A DNA stretch of 64,000 bases, taken from an uncultured Bacteroidaceae bacterium (GTDB lineage Bacteria > Bacteroidota > Bacteroidia > Bacteroidales > JAADGE01). Shown here in pieces: positions 36,813 to 46,502 of the stretch (position 1 is its first letter; each line of letters opens with the position of its first letter). The notes under the pieces are model-generated. The model was not told the DNA's origin. It saw only the letters and a list, made by a program, of their open reading frames with translations, and did not search any database. The stretch spans positions 4,249 through 68,248 of the forward strand of contig CAYYQW010000003.1 in assembly GCA_964472505.1 (NCBI GenBank), given 5' to 3'. The position numbers and the translations under genes were made by a program.

Positions 36813-38975
36813 ATGCAAAATACAGATAAACTCTATTTACAAATTGAACATTCGGTTTTAAATAATGAATTGCAAGCCGCATTTGAAATGCTTGGAGGCC
36901 GAGCGGCGGAAATAGGCAATGTGCCTTTGAAAGAAGAAGTTGACAGCCAGAAACGTATTTACAGACAAATGCTGGACTTTACTTTTCGAAATGCCGAAGA
37001 CCCGCAGCGAGCCGAAATACTTAAGAAAATAAAAATTAAAGTACTTGCCGTAAATGATGAGCTGAGAGAATTGGTCATACGGTCTAATCCTGCTTCGGTT
37101 TTGGGCAATGCAAAAGAAAATTTTTGGAAATTTGCGCTTACTAATCAGTTAAGCATAGAACAGATGTTGCAGGATTTAGGGAAATTGGATTTTAGCGAGC
37201 GAACCGAAACCTTCAGGCAACTGTTTAATTTGATTTGGTTTACCGATAAACTTAGTGAGAATGAGGCTAATCAGCTTAGAAAACTTATACGCAGCAAATC
37301 GGTAGAGTTTTTTGAAAAAAGCCTCATTGTTTCAGCGCTTACTTTAAGCTTACTGCGCTATTTTGGCTTAAATAAATTTACCCTGCTTTTTGATGCTTAC
37401 GATACCAACGACCAATTTATTTGGAATCGTGCTTTTGTAGGGCTTATAATCGGATTTTATGTTTACAACCGCCGTTTGGTTTTGTATAAAGACCCGACAG
37501 ATCGCTTAAAAGTAATTTCAGATGACAAGGGCATTGAAAACTATCTGAAACTCGTTATTTTTCAATTAATCAGAACTCGTGAAACCGAAAAGATTTCGGA
37601 AAAGCTGCGCAATGAGATTATTCCGGAAATGTCGAAATTTCGACCGCAGATAGAAGATAAATTAGATTTGGATAAAATACTTTCCGACAAACTTATTGAG
37701 GATGAAAATCCCGATTGGGAACGAATCTTTGAAGATTCTTCAGACCTTTTGGGAAAAATGGAAGAAATGTCGCAAATGCAGTTGGAAGGCTCGGATGTTT
37801 TTATGAGTGCTTTTTCACAGCTCAAACATTTTGATTTTTTTAATTCATCAGCCAATTGGTTTTTGCCTTTTTATAAAGATAATCCGGAAATACGAACAGT
37901 GTTCAGTTCTGAAACCGAGGATTTTGATGTTGACTTGTTTACCGAAGGCCTACAGAGTTCAAGTTATATTTGTAATTCCGATAAATATTCATTCTGCCTG
38001 AACATAGAGATGATGCCCTCGGGACAAAAATCTATGATTTTAAGTCTGTTTAAAATGGAGATGGATGCCATGGCCGATATCTCCAAAGAAGATAAAATAT
38101 TGGATGCCGATACGGAAGACAAACATATTTTTACGCGATACATACAGGATATTTATCGATTTTATAAATTGAGCCGATATAAGAATGATTTGTATGACTT
38201 TTTTAATACCAAATTGGATATTCAGAACACTGTTTTATTTGAGATTCTGAGTCAAAAACCGGATACTTTGCGCCACATAGCCGAATTTTATCTGCAAAAA
38301 GCTTATTACGGCGAAGCCGCCGAAACCTTTTTATTGCTGGACGATGAGGAAAAAAGCAAAGGAAAAACCTACGAAAAAATTGCTTTTGCGTATCAGAAGA
38401 TGAAAGCCTACAAAAAAGCGCTTAAATACTATAAACGCGCTGAACTATTCAGTGCGGAATCCGGTTGGTTAAACAAAAAACTGGGCTTTTGCAGCCGAAA
38501 AATAGGTGATTATGAAAATGCACTTTTTTATTACGAAAAAGCAGAAGAACAGCAACCCGAAAATTTACACATAATTGCTAATAAAGGCCATTGCTATCTT
38601 TCGGCCGAGCGGTATGAAGAAGCATTGCAAACTTATTTTAAGGTGGAATATTTTGACCCGGACAATATTCGCGTAAAGCGGCCATTGGCTTGGTGTTCTT
38701 TTGTTTTGGGAAAGTACGATTCGGCAGAGAAATACCTCAATATTCTTTTGCAGGCCAAAGCTTCGCCGCATGATAACATAAACTTGGGACACGTACTTTT
38801 TTGTCAAAACAAAAAGGCAGAAGCAGCAGAGCAATATGCTCAAGCCGTGCATAAAACCAATTACGAAAAGGTTAAAGCATCCATTTTGGACGATAAAGAA
38901 CAGCTGCTCAATAACGGGGTTTCCGAAACGGAGTTGTATTTACTCTTGGATTACCTGTTGATGCGCGATAATTAG
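36813..38975 (+). CDS. TPR-repeat protein with a large uncharacterised N-terminal domain
   Basis: 720 aa. The C-terminal ~230 aa show TPR periodicity (AYYGEAAETF, YKKALKYYKRA, YENALFYYEKA, YEEALQTYFKV). Confidence 0.55.
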   Translation: MQNTDKLYLQIEHSVLNNELQAAFEMLGGRAAEIGNVPLKEEVDSQKRIYRQMLDFTFRNAEDPQRAEILKKIKIKVLAVNDELRELVIRSNPASVLGNAKENFWKFALTNQLSIEQMLQDLGKLDFSERTETFRQLFNLIWFTDKLSENEANQLRKLIRSKSVEFFEKSLIVSALTLSLLRYFGLNKFTLLFDAYDTNDQFIWNRAFVGLIIGFYVYNRRLVLYKDPTDRLKVISDDKGIENYLKLVIFQLIRTRETEKISEKLRNEIIPEMSKFRPQIEDKLDLDKILSDKLIEDENPDWERIFEDSSDLLGKMEEMSQMQLEGSDVFMSAFSQLKHFDFFNSSANWFLPFYKDNPEIRTVFSSETEDFDVDLFTEGLQSSSYICNSDKYSFCLNIEMMPSGQKSMILSLFKMEMDAMADISKEDKILDADTEDKHIFTRYIQDIYRFYKLSRYKNDLYDFFNTKLDIQNTVLFEILSQKPDTLRHIAEFYLQKAYYGEAAETFLLLDDEEKSKGKTYEKIAFAYQKMKAYKKALKYYKRAELFSAESGWLNKKLGFCSRKIGDYENALFYYEKAEEQQPENLHIIANKGHCYLSAERYEEALQTYFKVEYFDPDNIRVKRPLAWCSFVLGKYDSAEKYLNILLQAKASPHDNINLGHVLFCQNKKAEAAEQYAQAVHKTNYEKVKASILDDKEQLLNNGVSETELYLLLDYLLMRDN

Positions 38976-39313
38976 TACATCAAATGCTGTTTTGAGCTGT
39001 TTTTCCAACCGGCGCTGCTTTCATAGTCGGCAAAAAAGATTTTTAAGTCAGCACTGCTTTCGTAATCCACAAAATAGATTACTTTATCGGCACTGCTTTC
39101 ATAATCTGCAAAATACCAAAGCCCTTTGTTGCCGGAGGCCTGACTTTCGTATGAGCATTTGTAAACTATAAGGTCGGCACTGCTTTCATAATTAACTACA
39201 AATACTTTTACGTCGGCTTGGCTTGCATAGTCGGCTACAAAAACACGTTGTGCCTGCAAATTCACAACAGTGAACGTTAAGAGCATGCTCAAAAGAAAAA
39301 TTTTACGTTTCAT
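38972..39313 (-). CDS. secreted repeat protein with about six copies of a (V/F)xDYESSAD unit
   Basis: 113 aa. Signal peptide MKRKIFLLSMLLTFTVVNLQAQ. Units include FVADYASQADVKV, FVVNYESSADLIV, YFADYESSADKVI, YFVDYESSADLKI and FFADYESSAGWK. Confidence 0.5.
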   Translation of the reverse strand: MKRKIFLLSMLLTFTVVNLQAQRVFVADYASQADVKVFVVNYESSADLIVYKCSYESQASGNKGLWYFADYESSADKVIYFVDYESSADLKIFFADYESSAGWKNSSKQHLMY

Positions 39314-39457
39314 GGTTGATAATGTTTAGGTTTAGAAAAAGCCTGCGGAACTGTTGATGTTTTCCCGGGCTGTTTATTATGTATGGGTTTGTTTTTAAGC
39401 CCCATGTTTGTTTTTTCTGTTCATTCCGGCAATCTGTCTATATTACTTGGCCGAATT

Positions 39458-40312
39458 CTATATTTTTGGGTTTTCAATAAAATTTTCCAGTGTAAATGTT
39501 TCTTTTGCTCGCACCCCTTTGGGCGTATTGTGCAATGTGCAGCATTCGTTATACAAATCGTGTTCAAAAAACAGTACATAATCCTTTTCAAGTGCCTCAC
39601 TAAAAAAACGACTTTTATCATCTAAAGTATCCAGCGGCCGTGTGTCGTATCCCATAATATAGGGCATGGGCAAATGAGCGGTTGACGGGAACAAGTCTGC
39701 CGCATACACCAGTGTACGCCCTTGGTACTCAATATGCGGAAGCATTTGGCCGTCGGTATGTCCGTAGTACATTTTTAGGGAAATACCCGGATATAATTCG
39801 CCTTCTTTTTTCACTAAATTCAGATCTGCTTTTTCTTTTAAAGGTACGAAATTTTCCGGTAAAAAGGAAGCTTTTTCTCTGCGGTTTGGGTTTATGGCCC
39901 AGTCCCATTGGCGTTTGCTGATGTGGTATTTGGCTTTCGGAAAAGTTGGCACCAATTCGCCTAACTTATTGTGTTTTACGGCGCCTCCCACATGGTCGAA
40001 ATGCAAATGCGTGATGATAACATCCGTAATGTCTTCCGGTGTAAATCCTTGCTTCTTCAGGGATTCCAATAAATGGCCGTCGCCGTTGGGATGATAGTGT
40101 TTGAAGAATTTTTCGTCTTGTTTGTCGCCCATTCCGGTATCAATAAGTATATTTCTGTTGTCTGTTTGCACCAGAAGGCAACGCATGGCCCAGTTACAGA
40201 GGTTGTTTTCATCGGCCGGATAGAGCTTTTTCCATAAAATTTTTGGTACAACGCCAAACATGGCGCCGCCGTCTAATTTAAGATTTCCTGCATCTATTTT
40301 ATATAGTTTCAT
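39458..40312 (-). CDS. MBL-fold metallo-hydrolase
   Basis: THLHFDHVGG metal motif. MKLYKIDAGNLKLDGGAMFGVVPK (ATG 40312) is a family-typical N-terminus. The ORF track extends to an upstream ATG at 40366. Confidence 0.7.
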   Translation of the reverse strand: MKLYKIDAGNLKLDGGAMFGVVPKILWKKLYPADENNLCNWAMRCLLVQTDNRNILIDTGMGDKQDEKFFKHYHPNGDGHLLESLKKQGFTPEDITDVIITHLHFDHVGGAVKHNKLGELVPTFPKAKYHISKRQWDWAINPNRREKASFLPENFVPLKEKADLNLVKKEGELYPGISLKMYYGHTDGQMLPHIEYQGRTLVYAADLFPSTAHLPMPYIMGYDTRPLDTLDDKSRFFSEALEKDYVLFFEHDLYNECCTLHNTPKGVRAKETFTLENFIENPKI

Positions 40313-40420
40313 AAAAATCAATTGTTTAAATGTGTTGAAATGCAAATGGTATATCGCCGTCGGCATTTGTACAAGATACTAATGTACAAAAATTAATGCG
40401 ATATACTTAAACTATTTGAT

Positions 40421-40818
40421 GAATGTGCCGGCTAAATATTATTTTGAGGTGCTAAAGTTTCTTTTTTTGATGCAGAAACAAATTATCAGACAGCTTATTT
40501 GAATTGTTCGGAGTCTATCCTTATCGGGAAATAAGATAATAAGGTAAAATTATGCAGTTATGCTGTTTTCTACTGAGGTAAAACCCAATGAATAAGGTCT
40601 TTTAAAAACCTTATTTTTACAGTTTTAACCTCAGTAGAAAAATAGCACAATGATAACCAACCTTATTGACCTTATTGGTTATCATTGAGTTTTTCCGACA
40701 ATATATTTTCATGAAACTGTGGATGTGTGAAGTACTCCTAAATCCGATCTTAAATACGGCATAAAAATGAGAAACTAATCGCAACACTTCAAAATAATAT
40801 TTAGCCGAATGTGCCGGC
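40421..40818. mobile_element. ~390-bp non-autonomous element: 12-nt direct repeats, 19-nt inverted repeats, three internal long hairpins
   Basis: GAATGTGCCGGC occurs at 40421-40432 and 40807-40818. TAAATATTATTTTGAGGTG (40433-40451) pairs with CACTTCAAAATAATATTTA (40785-40803) at 18 of 19 positions. There is no ORF inside. Confidence 0.5.
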
Positions 40819-40821
40819 TTT

Positions 40822-41256
40822 CTATTTGTTTGGTTTTTGTATGGCCGTCAGATTGGATTGAGATTTCACAACCAATTTTCCTTGGGCGTTATAGATTTTG
40901 CATTCGGCATTAATTACGGTTTTGCCGTTTCGTATGATTTCGGATTTTGCCCGAACGGTATCGCCTTTTCTTACGGGTCGCAGAAATTCTGTATGCAAAT
41001 TAACCGATACAAAGGGTGTGGGTTTTTCAAGGCTTGCTACGGCAGCGCCTATAAGTTCATCGCAAATTAGTGCAGCCGATCCGCCGTGCAGCATGCCTCC
41101 GGGATTGGTCATTTCTTCTCTAATCTCAATGTCGGCCGTAAGGCTTCCAAGTTCTATATCTACCAATTTCCCTTTTAGCCAAAGGCCTACGGGTGAAGGT
41201 GTTTGAGTAACAGTTTGACCGATTTGTCGTTTGAAATGTTCAATGGTTTTGTTCAT
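40822..41256 (-). CDS. PaaI-family hotdog thioesterase
   Basis: 144 aa. NPGGMLHGGSAALICDELIG motif. Confidence 0.7.
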   Translation of the reverse strand: MNKTIEHFKRQIGQTVTQTPSPVGLWLKGKLVDIELGSLTADIEIREEMTNPGGMLHGGSAALICDELIGAAVASLEKPTPFVSVNLHTEFLRPVRKGDTVRAKSEIIRNGKTVINAECKIYNAQGKLVVKSQSNLTAIQKPNK

Positions 41257-41424
41257 GTTTAAGTATTAAATTTTTGTAAATATATCATTTTTGATGAGAA
41301 TGCACTTGTTTGCTACGAAAATAAAAAAGAATCAGCGTATTTAGCCTATTTCTCCACTACAATTAAGTCGTTTTTTTGTGCGAAATGTTTTTTTGCGACA
41401 TATGGCATAAAGTTGAATGTTCTG

Positions 41425-41464
41425 ATAAAGAAAGACCCGGAAAGACACAATGCGAACCGGGTCT
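41425..41464 (-). terminator. candidate terminator downstream of gcvT
   Basis: Minus sense reads agacccgg-(16 nt)-ccgggtct followed by ttctttat. Confidence 0.45.
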
Positions 41465-41485
41465 GAGAATGTTGTTGAACTGTGC

Positions 41486-42574
41486 CTAAGCTTTATAAAA
41501 AGGCAGTTTTACAATTTCGGCTTTGAGTGATTTTTTACGTACTTTAATAAAAATTTCGGTACCGATTTTGTGCATGCCGCTTTTTACATAGCCCATTCCA
41601 ATGCCTTGCTTGAGCATGGGCGACATGGTTCCGGAGGTAACTCGCCCGATGATATTCCCTTCGCTGTCGGTTATTTCATAGTCTTTTCGGGGAATGCCTC
41701 GTTCTTTCATAATAAAAGCTCGCAATCTTTGTTCGGGTCCTTCAGCTTTTTGCTTTTCAAACCTTTCGCGGTCAATGAAATCATTGCCTTCGGTGAATTT
41801 TGTAATCCAGCCCAAGCCGGCTTCAATGGGCGATGTGCTGTCATCAATATCGTTGCCGTATAGTGCCAAGCCTGCTTCGAGACGCAGCGTGTCGCGTGCA
41901 GCCAGTCCGGCCGGCATAATGTTAAATTCTTTACCGGCTTCAAATACGGCTTCCCAAAGTTTTGGGGCATTTTCATTATAGACATACAGTTCAAAGCCGC
42001 CCGATCCGGTATATCCGGTTGCCGAAATAATAACTTCATCGATTCCGCCCATGGGGCCTGTTACAAATGTGTAATATTTTATGTCATCTAAATTAATATT
42101 GGTGATTTTCTGCAATACTTTAGCGGCATTGGGGCCTTGAACGGCGAGCTGTGAAGTATGGTCGGAACCGTTTTCAAGTTCGGCTCCTGCGGTGTTTTGC
42201 TCGTTTACCCAAGCCCAATCTTTTTCGATATTCGCTGCATTTACTACCAGCAAATATTTTTCTTCTTCGTAATGATAAACCAATAAATCATCCACAATAC
42301 CGCCTTTGCCGTTTGGCATGCAGTTGTATTGGATTTTTCCGGGCGTAAGTTTTGATACATCGTTGGTTGTGATGTGTTGCACTAATTCAAAGGCTTTCGG
42401 GCCTTTTACCCAAAATTCGCCCATGTGCGATACATCAAATACGCCGACATTTTTGCGTACATTGATATGTTCTTCATTTACGCCGCTGTATTCAACGGGC
42501 ATTTCATAGCCGGCAAATTCTGTCATTTTGCCGCCCATTTCTTTGTGAAATTTATTAAAAGCTGTGGTTTTCAT
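41486..42574 (-). CDS. gcvT: glycine cleavage system aminomethyltransferase (T protein)
   Basis: 362 aa. [35 protein letters not shown]. Confidence 0.9.
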   Translation of the reverse strand: MKTTAFNKFHKEMGGKMTEFAGYEMPVEYSGVNEEHINVRKNVGVFDVSHMGEFWVKGPKAFELVQHITTNDVSKLTPGKIQYNCMPNGKGGIVDDLLVYHYEEEKYLLVVNAANIEKDWAWVNEQNTAGAELENGSDHTSQLAVQGPNAAKVLQKITNINLDDIKYYTFVTGPMGGIDEVIISATGYTGSGGFELYVYNENAPKLWEAVFEAGKEFNIMPAGLAARDTLRLEAGLALYGNDIDDSTSPIEAGLGWITKFTEGNDFIDRERFEKQKAEGPEQRLRAFIMKERGIPRKDYEITDSEGNIIGRVTSGTMSPMLKQGIGMGYVKSGMHKIGTEIFIKVRKKSLKAEIVKLPFYKA

Positions 42575-42800
42575 AATGTTTTTTTAAAATAATTAGTGAA
42601 AACCCCGTATTTCAATAATCTAAGGCTTTTATTATTAAAAAGTCAAGGGTTGGTTGAAATCGGGAATAATTTGACCGCAAGATAAAAATAATTTTCGGGT
42701 ACTTGTAATGATTTATAACAGTATGTAGTTTGCAAACTGTAATGAAGCTAATAATCAACACTATAAGTGAAATAAATATACTTTGGCAAAGTTCTCATTT

Positions 42801-43790
42801 TCACGGTGCGTTTTGAACACGCGCCGAAAGTGGTTTGTCACTTACTTTGGACAAACGGATAGTACCGGATTTTGTTTTCAGATTTATTTCTTTACAATTA
42901 CTCAGATAGTCTATTGTATAATTTTCGGACAGTATATTTGTTGCATCTTTATCTGCCTTGAAATAGCCCTTGCATTCCAAATCGCCTTTTACAGAATATC
43001 TGCAAACTTTAAATAAATGTTTTTCAGCTGCGAGCAGAAACCATGAGCCGGCACCTTCTCCGCCGTGCCAAATGGCATCTTCGGGAACCGATGGATGTTT
43101 TTGCGGAGCGGCTAAGGTGCTTTTCAGATGTTTGTGATTGAGTTTGGGCGGGGAAAACTTTATTTCTTTAAATTGTTTAGCTTTTCGTGTTTGAAAAGAA
43201 AGCGCCAGAACATTTGTTTTCGGTGTGGGTGTCAGCGGGCAGAAGAGATACAATTTAAGGGCGTGCAGTAATTTTGGTTTTCCGGCTCTGATGACCGAGT
43301 TTACAAAGCGCGAGCAGTTTGATCCTTTTGGTACAAAGGGGCCGTAAGCCATAGGGCTTTGTTTTTGCAGGGCAAGTGCTTTGTTATACGATTTATCAAA
43401 ATTTATCGGTGTGTAGGAAGCAAAAATATCTCCCGATCCGTGAAAAACATCACTGCTTTGTAACTCAGTGAGTATTTCTTCATAATTTTTTATCTTAAAA
43501 TTGTTTTCGGATAAAACAACTTTTGTATTAATAATCAGTTCATTGTCGGTTTCCATGCTTCTTACACGTCCTTTCTGATACGGTGTATGGTATCTCCCAA
43601 AATCAAAGTAGCGGCATTCTCTTGTTTTTTTGTTAATAAGTAAAACTGCTGCATGTCCTACTTTGTAGAAGTTATTATGCGCTATACCTAAAGCATTTAA
43701 AAACGGATCGTACCAAGCTCCGGCTTGTTTGCAGTATGTGTCGGGCCAAGCCAGTGCTATGGCTAAGCCCGTATATTTCTTAGTGTTCAT
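42801..43790 (-). CDS. hypothetical protein with a His...Cys pair resembling permuted NlpC/P60 (LRAT/YiiX-like) enzymes
   Basis: 329 aa. KVGHAAVLLI is followed about 110 aa later by KGSNCSRFVNSV (compare the NCEHF-type motif of the LRAT family). There is no signal peptide. The C-terminal ~120 aa are unassigned. Confidence 0.35.
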   Translation of the reverse strand: MNTKKYTGLAIALAWPDTYCKQAGAWYDPFLNALGIAHNNFYKVGHAAVLLINKKTRECRYFDFGRYHTPYQKGRVRSMETDNELIINTKVVLSENNFKIKNYEEILTELQSSDVFHGSGDIFASYTPINFDKSYNKALALQKQSPMAYGPFVPKGSNCSRFVNSVIRAGKPKLLHALKLYLFCPLTPTPKTNVLALSFQTRKAKQFKEIKFSPPKLNHKHLKSTLAAPQKHPSVPEDAIWHGGEGAGSWFLLAAEKHLFKVCRYSVKGDLECKGYFKADKDATNILSENYTIDYLSNCKEINLKTKSGTIRLSKVSDKPLSARVQNAP

Positions 43791-43832
43791 ACCGAAATTC
43801 TTTTCTGAATTATTGTTAGAATCATAAATGGC

Positions 43833-44378
43833 TTATGTAATGCCGGCAAATGCTTTTAGTTGTTCAAAATCCACATGATCTTCCAAGTTTTTTCCGTAAT
43901 GCGCTTTTACTATTTTGAAGTTTTCGTCAATAAAAAAGTCTGCCGGAATTAGGGTATTTGAAGCCTTTTTATCTTTAGGCGTGTCAATGGTTTTTGCAAA
44001 TTTTGAAGCAGCTTTAATATCAGCTTGAAAAAAGGTTTTCATCATTTTAAGGGCAGAGTTTTCTATACCGTATTTGTTGTAAATCTTTTTTTCGGGGTCG
44101 CCAATCAGAGGGTAGGGTGAAATGCCTTTATGAAAAGCACTTTTCAAAAGCTTATCGGGTGCGCTTTCAAAAAAAAGAATCAACTGAGTGCCTGATTTTT
44201 CCAGCTTCATACGATTGCCGATTAGTTGGTGAACTCTTAGATTGCAAAACGGGCATGCCACATTTCGCATAAAACTCAGTATTATTTTTTTGCCTTTATA
44301 GTCAGAAAGTTTAATTTGCTTTCCGTATATATCACTTGTTGTAAAATCAATGGCTTTAGCGCCTGCTTGTATTTTCAT
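43833..44378 (-). CDS. peroxiredoxin-like/redoxin family protein
   Basis: 181 aa. AhpC/TSA-like fold pattern with CPFC (FMRNVACPFCNLRVHQL). Confidence 0.65.
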   Translation of the reverse strand: MKIQAGAKAIDFTTSDIYGKQIKLSDYKGKKIILSFMRNVACPFCNLRVHQLIGNRMKLEKSGTQLILFFESAPDKLLKSAFHKGISPYPLIGDPEKKIYNKYGIENSALKMMKTFFQADIKAASKFAKTIDTPKDKKASNTLIPADFFIDENFKIVKAHYGKNLEDHVDFEQLKAFAGIT

Positions 44379-44551
44379 GATGTTCGTCTTTTTGTATTTA
44401 TGTTTATGTGTTTATATATTTAGTCGCAATAAATGCTGAAGCCTGACATTTATTTCCCGGTGTTTGATAAAAAAAACAATTAGGTCTTGTAAATTGTTGA
44501 TTTATAAGAGTTTCCAATCATTTTGAATTAGGCATTTTATTAATAATTACA

Positions 44552-44755
44552 TTATTTTGATTCACAGGCTTTACAAAAGCTATGATTTGCAAAAAATGTT
44601 TCTGCGATTAAGAATGCAGGCTGCAAAATATGATTTTTCTCGCATTTATATTCTATCAATCCCCCTGCCCTTCCGAAATAATCGGAACAGGCACTTCTCC
44701 AAGGGGAATCCGAAAATCGCCGGTCTGCTGTAATTTTAAAATTTGTCGTATTCAT
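44552..44755 (-). CDS. hypothetical small protein (weak call)
   Basis: 67 aa with an ATG start, 27 nt downstream of the decarboxylase gene on the same strand. I recognise no family. Confidence 0.25.
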   Translation of the reverse strand: MNTTNFKITADRRFSDSPWRSACSDYFGRAGGLIEYKCEKNHILQPAFLIAETFFANHSFCKACESK

Positions 44756-44782
44756 ACGCCTAATTCAATAATTCTTTATGTT

Positions 44783-46189
44783 TTAAAGATTTAGTTTTTT
44801 AGCAATCGACATGAAATTATCGAAGAAACGGTCTATATCTTTTGTTTGTGTTTGGGCATTGGCAACTACCCATCTGAAAGCAAATTCGTTATTGATATAA
44901 CCGTAGTTAACTATTGACTTTCCTGATTTTCGAAGTGCTTCCCGTATATTTTCATTGCCTTTGTTCAACGATATGCCGGACTTTGTAATGTATCGAAAGC
45001 AGACGGTGAGTGATTGGCGCGGCGCAAGCAGTTCCAGATGTTTGTCGGCTTTTACTTTCTTTTCAAAATATTCTGCCGCATGCAGTTGGTTGTCAATATG
45101 ATCGGCATAAGCTTTGTCGCCATAGTATTTCCAAGCTAACCAGAGCTTTAGAGCATCTACTCTGCGACCGCATTGAACGGATTTTTTACCCAAATCACAA
45201 GAAGCTGTTTCTGTTTCGTGGAAAATATAATCGTTGTCCAAATCGGTAAGGTTTTTATATAATTGTTGTTTGTGGTTTACTAATATCACGGAACAGATTA
45301 AGGGGATATTCATTAACTTGTGGGGATTCCAGGCGAGTGAATCTGATTTCTCAATGCCTTTAAAAAGATGTTTGGTTTTGGATGTTAATTGCAGCGAAGC
45401 ACCGAATGACCCGTCCACATGGAACCAAATAGCGTGTTTTTCGGCGATTTCGGCAATTTGCTCAAACGGGTCAAAAGCTCCCAGCATGGTTGTAGCTGCT
45501 GTGGCTGATATGAAAAATGGCTTTTCGTTTTTTTGGATAGAATTTATGATTTCTTTTTCCAATTCTTCCGGAATCATGCGACCGTTCTCATCCGTTTTAA
45601 TCTTATAAATTTGCTTAGTGCCAATGCCGAGCAGGTTGGCATTGGTCTCTAAAGAATAATGAGCTTGGTCTGAAGTGAATACCGACAGCTTGGGTAAACC
45701 GTAAATGCCTTCTGCTTTTATGTTGGGATATAGTTTGTTACGTGCCGAAAACATGGCTACTAAATTTGCATTGCTGCCGCCGGTAACAAATATTCCGTCT
45801 CCGTTTTGGTAGCCGGTAATTTTGCACATTTTCTTTATCATTTCAGCCTCAATTAAGGTAGCTACCGGGGCTACTTCGTAGGTGTACATGGATGTATTGG
45901 TGAGCGCGCTTAACACTTCGCCAAAAAATGCCGGCAGATTAAAACCACCGTACAGTTGATTGAAAAATTGTCGATTACCGGTGTTTACTGCATATTCTAA
46001 GTATTGTTTTATGAGTTTTATCAGTTGGCTTTCATCAGTGCCGTTTTTTTGGATTTCAAAATCAATTAGCTCAGCTAATGCTTTCGGATTTTTGTAATTT
46101 ACAACCGGCACATGGTCTGCATTCATGTTTTCGATGTATTCTTCGGTAATATTGTGAAATTCTTTTATGATTTGTTTTTGTAATTTCAT
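44783..46189 (-). CDS. PLP-dependent group II amino-acid decarboxylase (GAD/CSAD/DABA-decarboxylase-like)
   Basis: 468 aa. PLP-Lys context SLAWNPHKLMNIPLICS and HVDGSFGAS. Confidence 0.8.
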   Translation of the reverse strand: MKLQKQIIKEFHNITEEYIENMNADHVPVVNYKNPKALAELIDFEIQKNGTDESQLIKLIKQYLEYAVNTGNRQFFNQLYGGFNLPAFFGEVLSALTNTSMYTYEVAPVATLIEAEMIKKMCKITGYQNGDGIFVTGGSNANLVAMFSARNKLYPNIKAEGIYGLPKLSVFTSDQAHYSLETNANLLGIGTKQIYKIKTDENGRMIPEELEKEIINSIQKNEKPFFISATAATTMLGAFDPFEQIAEIAEKHAIWFHVDGSFGASLQLTSKTKHLFKGIEKSDSLAWNPHKLMNIPLICSVILVNHKQQLYKNLTDLDNDYIFHETETASCDLGKKSVQCGRRVDALKLWLAWKYYGDKAYADHIDNQLHAAEYFEKKVKADKHLELLAPRQSLTVCFRYITKSGISLNKGNENIREALRKSGKSIVNYGYINNEFAFRWVVANAQTQTKDIDRFFDNFMSIAKKLNL

Positions 46190-46502
46190 ATATGATTTTT
46201 TTAAAATCCTTAATCGGATATTAAGATAAAATAGTGTTTATTTTGTATTTCTTTATTAGTGTTGCTTTTATAAAATTCGGTTGTAAATATGAGCGAAATC
46301 TTAAATGCAATAATATACTTTATAATTGACTGATAATGAGCAACCACTTCGAGGGTCTTCGACCGCTCGAAGGGTTTTATTTGATAACTAATTTGAAGAG
46401 CCTTGCTTTATTAGCTTTTTATCTGAACAAAAACTTATTAAAGAAATAATTGACCGGGTAATAATCTTTGTTTTGTCAGAATAAACGCACAGTTTGTGAG
46501 CT

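Noticed and set aside
40566-40641. GTTTTAACCTCAGTAGAAAA looks like a CRISPR repeat.
   Set aside because: There are only two copies, and they are in inverted orientation, forming one hairpin. There is no spacer array and no cas genes in the window.
42575-42800. I expected a glycine riboswitch upstream of gcvT.
   Set aside because: I found no GGAGAG...CACCGAAGGGGCAA-type aptamer core in the 226-bp leader on the minus strand.
46335-46385. The hairpin cttcgag-ggtcttcgaccg-ctcgaag between the PP2C and decarboxylase genes could be a terminator.
   Set aside because: On the minus (coding) strand no U-tract follows it, and the stem is only 7 bp. I did not call it as a feature.
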